Source: Octopus sinensis (Eukaryota). From it: a DNA stretch of 64,000 nt. A model generated the notes under the pieces. It was not told where the DNA came from and did not search any database. It worked only from the letters and a program-made list of their open reading frames with translations. Location: positions 32,302,001 to 32,366,000 of the forward strand of contig NC_043008.1 of assembly GCF_006345805.1 (NCBI RefSeq), read 5' to 3'. The position numbers and the translations under genes were made by a program. This document shows, piece after piece, positions 60,713 through 64,000 of this stretch; the first letter of the stretch is position 1, and each line of letters begins with the position of its first letter.

Positions 60713-62169
60713 ATTATAATAACTGGAAATATTCCTAAAAAGTATGAAAATGTAAAAACAACTACGAAAGAGGAATTCATCAGGGGCCTAATTCAATGAA
60801 AATCCGAATTCACCTTGCCATTTCGTGTTAAAAGTCGCTGTATTTAAAACCCCAGTTGATAGAAGGTCCTGGTGATAATCACACGAAACAAAAAGCTCTG
60901 GCTGGTTGAAATGGGGTCTGCATGCATGATAAACTCGAGATTCAAATGTGATCGAAAATTGAGTTGAACTCAATTGCCATAAATATATCAACATACTATG
61001 TAACTGAAGATATATCATCACACTAACTGGTTAAAAAGTCAAACAATAATACGGGATTATATCCATATGTATTTAATCTCGTAATATTAGACCCTCTAGG
61101 GTCTTTCCGATAACTTAGAATGAAGACTGAACCAATTTTTTGATGTCTTTATAACATTATTGAAAATGAGTTTTACGGGGAACAGTTTTATTTGCATTTT
61201 AGCGAGTAATCTTCCACAATATTTTCTCTGTATTTTGGGGACGGAGAAGAGAGCTTTGATGGCTGTAAAGTCAGCGAAACCAGTCGGTTAGATTCTCATA
61301 TTATAACGCCAAATTTCACAGTGATACCAAACGTAAATATAACTCTGTATATTATTTACTCTAACCCACACTGCATTGATATTTTAGCAAGTAAATGCTT
61401 GTATCTGACTCAATATTCATTATGTCACCTACTTGATTAGGTTTGACAATATTTGTGTTTAAGAAAAATACATAACATATAATACAAATGGTCCAGAAGG
61501 TGGTTTTTCTATCATCTCCAAACTAAGCACTTGTTGCTGTTTTTACTAAGTCAACAAAGTAGCTTCTACGTGGCCTTTCTAGCTGCTAAAAATTATAGCC
61601 AAATCTCACTTAAATCCTAATTCCTTTTGTCTGAAAAAAGTAAGGACACTTTGGGAATAAACCTGAGAAAAGAACTGGGTGGAATAGATATGGCCACAAT
61701 TGGAATGTCTTTAATTATAAGTCTTCTCGACCATGATGGATGCAGCGTGGCCGGATGGTAAAACAGCTCGCTTCACAATCCTGAGGTTCCAGGTTCGATC
61801 CCGCTATGTGGTATCTTTGACATGGGTCTATTATCACAACTCAAACCTTGGGAAACTTAGTGGACAACAACTATTTGGAAGCCTGTCACATTACTTGTAT
61901 CTGTAATTCAAAAGTCTATCTCTGTCTCATACACACACCGTCGCCTGTGTCTGCTTGAGAAATTACGTTAGGAGTATACGTGTCTGTGATATATTCAATC
62001 GCTAATATACTTATTGAATAAATAGGAACTCCAGCTGATCGAATAACTCGATACTCATCGCCGAAACCGTTGGAGATCTATTTATGTTGTTGTTTAGCCC
62101 CATGTTAGTCTTGGTCGAGTAAATGCGACAAGATGCGACTTCATTGAAACAATCCTTCCCGCAAAGCAA

Positions 62170-62346
62170 ATTAAATAAAATTTGGAATTTTTTGCGGAGG
62201 GTGGAAGTGGTAACAAGAACAGGACAGTGAGAACAAAACAGTAAAAACAAACGGTGAGGGCTGTTAAGCCAAGACGATAGAAAAAATATTTTTTGTTCTC
62301 GTTACCACTTTCACCCTCCACAAAAAATTCCAAATTTTATCTAAAT
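62170..62346. repeat. fold-back element (about 51-bp arms)
   Basis: ataaaatttggaattttttgcggagggtggaagtggtaacaagaac pairs with gttctcgttaccactttcaccctccacaaaaaattccaaattttat. Confidence 0.8.
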
Positions 62347-62835
62347 AAAACCCTGGATTCAATAGCACTGTGTACAAACTCTATACTTGGAATGACCAAT
62401 TTTAAATACTATTGGAATTTACTCACAAGGTACTGGAATCTTATATGTATACCATTCTGCCTAAATAATGGATCTACAAATCTGATATCCCTGCATATCT
62501 CACATCTATTTTCATTCCTCCACTTCACTCTCTACTCCATATCTTATCGAAATTAACTATTGTTTAACCGTCTCCGATGAAAGGATATAATAAATATCCT
62601 GGAAATAGCTGTAAGACCTTCTATTTATAAATGTTCTAAAATCTCCACAGCCTTGGTTTTTTTATCTCATTCTGAATTTTTTTTTTTTATATATACACAA
62701 GCTGATATATAACCTATGTTGCACTCCTTATTCGCATAATCACCGAACCTGGAGCTTAACTATGGTCTATCCATAGCACTTACTCAACATTACCTGACAC
62801 CTTTGGGTCTTATTGACACCATTACCTCTTATAGC

Positions 62836-62936
<101 letters not shown>

Positions 62937-62939
62937 ATA

Positions 62940-63755
62940 CGAGGGGTTACTCAAAAGCAATGCATTGGTCTAGGCGCGTTTTCCACTATTCGAAGCAGTG
63001 CTGGAACTCTTGTGAAGTGATACCTTTTAACGCCTCTGTCGTTTTTTACTTCTCCTCATCCACATCGGCAAATTCCGTAGCACCAGCTTTTGTCACCGGT
63101 GATGACCTTCGGAAACAGGTTCGGATCAATTTCCAACTGTTCACTCATTTCATGACATGCATTCAGATGTGACTGCTTTTGATCTTCCGTGAGCATGCGA
63201 GGAACAGATTTTGCTGCAACTCTTTTCATTCGCAATTCCTCACTCAAAATTCGTTGGCAGGACACACCATTCATGTCAGCAAGTTCCTCAATTGTTCGGT
63301 GACGGTCCTCCAAGATCACTTCATGAATTTTCATGACGTTGTCATTCGTTCGGGAGGTCGACAGTCGTCCTGACCGAGGTTGGTCTTCATGCAATAGGTG
63401 ACCATTCCTAAAACATGAAAACCACTCGTAAACTTGTGTTTTGCTCAGGTCAGTGTCCTTGTGAGCTGCTAGAAGCATGACAACTGTTTCGGCCACCGTT
63501 TTCCCCAGCAAAAAACAGAATTTCGCGGAAGCACGACGCTGTTCCTTCGTTTCAGCTATCACAAAAAGTCGACGTAGAGGGGAGAAGCACTGCAAAACGA
63601 AAATGCACCACATGGCAGTCCGACTTCACCCGACGACGCCAGTCGGCAGACTGATGTCTGAGGATCGCATCAAGTGGCTTCAAGCGCAGGAAGCCTGAAC
63701 AACAACGGGTTTGTCCCACAGAGAACGTTTCCGGTTATTTTTGGGTACCACCTCG
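62940..63755 (-). mobile_element. internally deleted mariner (CGAGG-TIR type)
   Basis: TA|CGAGG termini at both ends; transposase EQR..KFCF.LGKT..ET, PRSGR, VAAKSVPRML, VITGDKSW, then jumps to the C-terminal EALKGIT...FQHCFE*WKTR..CI; second and third catalytic Asp deleted. Confidence 0.85.
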
Positions 63756-63764
63756 TAAATAACA

Positions 63765-63905
63765 ATTTTCTTTCATTTTCCGTCCACCAAATCTACTCAC
63801 AAGGATTTGGTTGACTCAGGGTTATAACAGAAGAAACTTGCATGAGAACTGAACCCTGAACCATGTGGTTGAGAAGCAAACTTCTTATCATACAGCCACG
63901 CCTGC
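63765..63905 (-). mobile_element. CORE-like SINE head
   Basis: Reverse complement gcgcaggcgtggctgtatgataagaag...caaccacatggttcagggttcagt. Confidence 0.65.
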
Positions 63906-64000
63906 GCTAAGCCAAGGATTTACAAATTGCAAATTTGGGGTTCAGCTCTTTCCTTGAGTTACTACTAATGCCTATTTTATTTAGCTTTTAAGTCAGCCCG

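Noticed and set aside
60788-61021. Minus-strand ORF with a possible donor site (…KWQG|gtgaat)
   Set aside because: Single short frame with no recognisable homology; cannot be supported without transcripts

Overview
AT-rich, microsatellite-dense animal genomic DNA. The tRNA-derived SINE families resemble those of octopus/coleoid cephalopods (inference). No host protein-coding gene can be supported; nearly all long ORFs are transposon-derived or simple-repeat artefacts. Main contents: (1) a young Penelope-like element (PLE; RT + Cys-rich linker + C-terminal GIY-YIG, Neptune-like) at 49031-56070. It consists of a full-length minus-strand copy plus an inverted 5'-truncated plus-strand copy, sits in a (TA)n tract, and carries three copies of a minimal type I hammerhead-ribozyme motif with a U3-A8 core instead of C3-G8. 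(2) A second, 5'-truncated PLE (46135-48188) and three short (~200 bp) PLE-tail-like elements carrying other non-canonical hammerhead motifs (extra A after A9; U at position 6 in one family). (3) A near full-length CR1-clade LINE (about 10490-14900, minus) with a PHD-like, polyQ-containing ORF1. (4) Relics of RTE, R4/Dong-like (RLE), Gypsy, mariner, maT-like, Kolobok-like and hAT-like elements, including an RLE 3' end split by two nested DNA-transposon insertions. (5) Dozens of SINEs, including precisely joined dimers and multimers, and several 140-180 bp fold-back hairpins. All coordinates, alignments and folds were read by eye; none were computed or searched.
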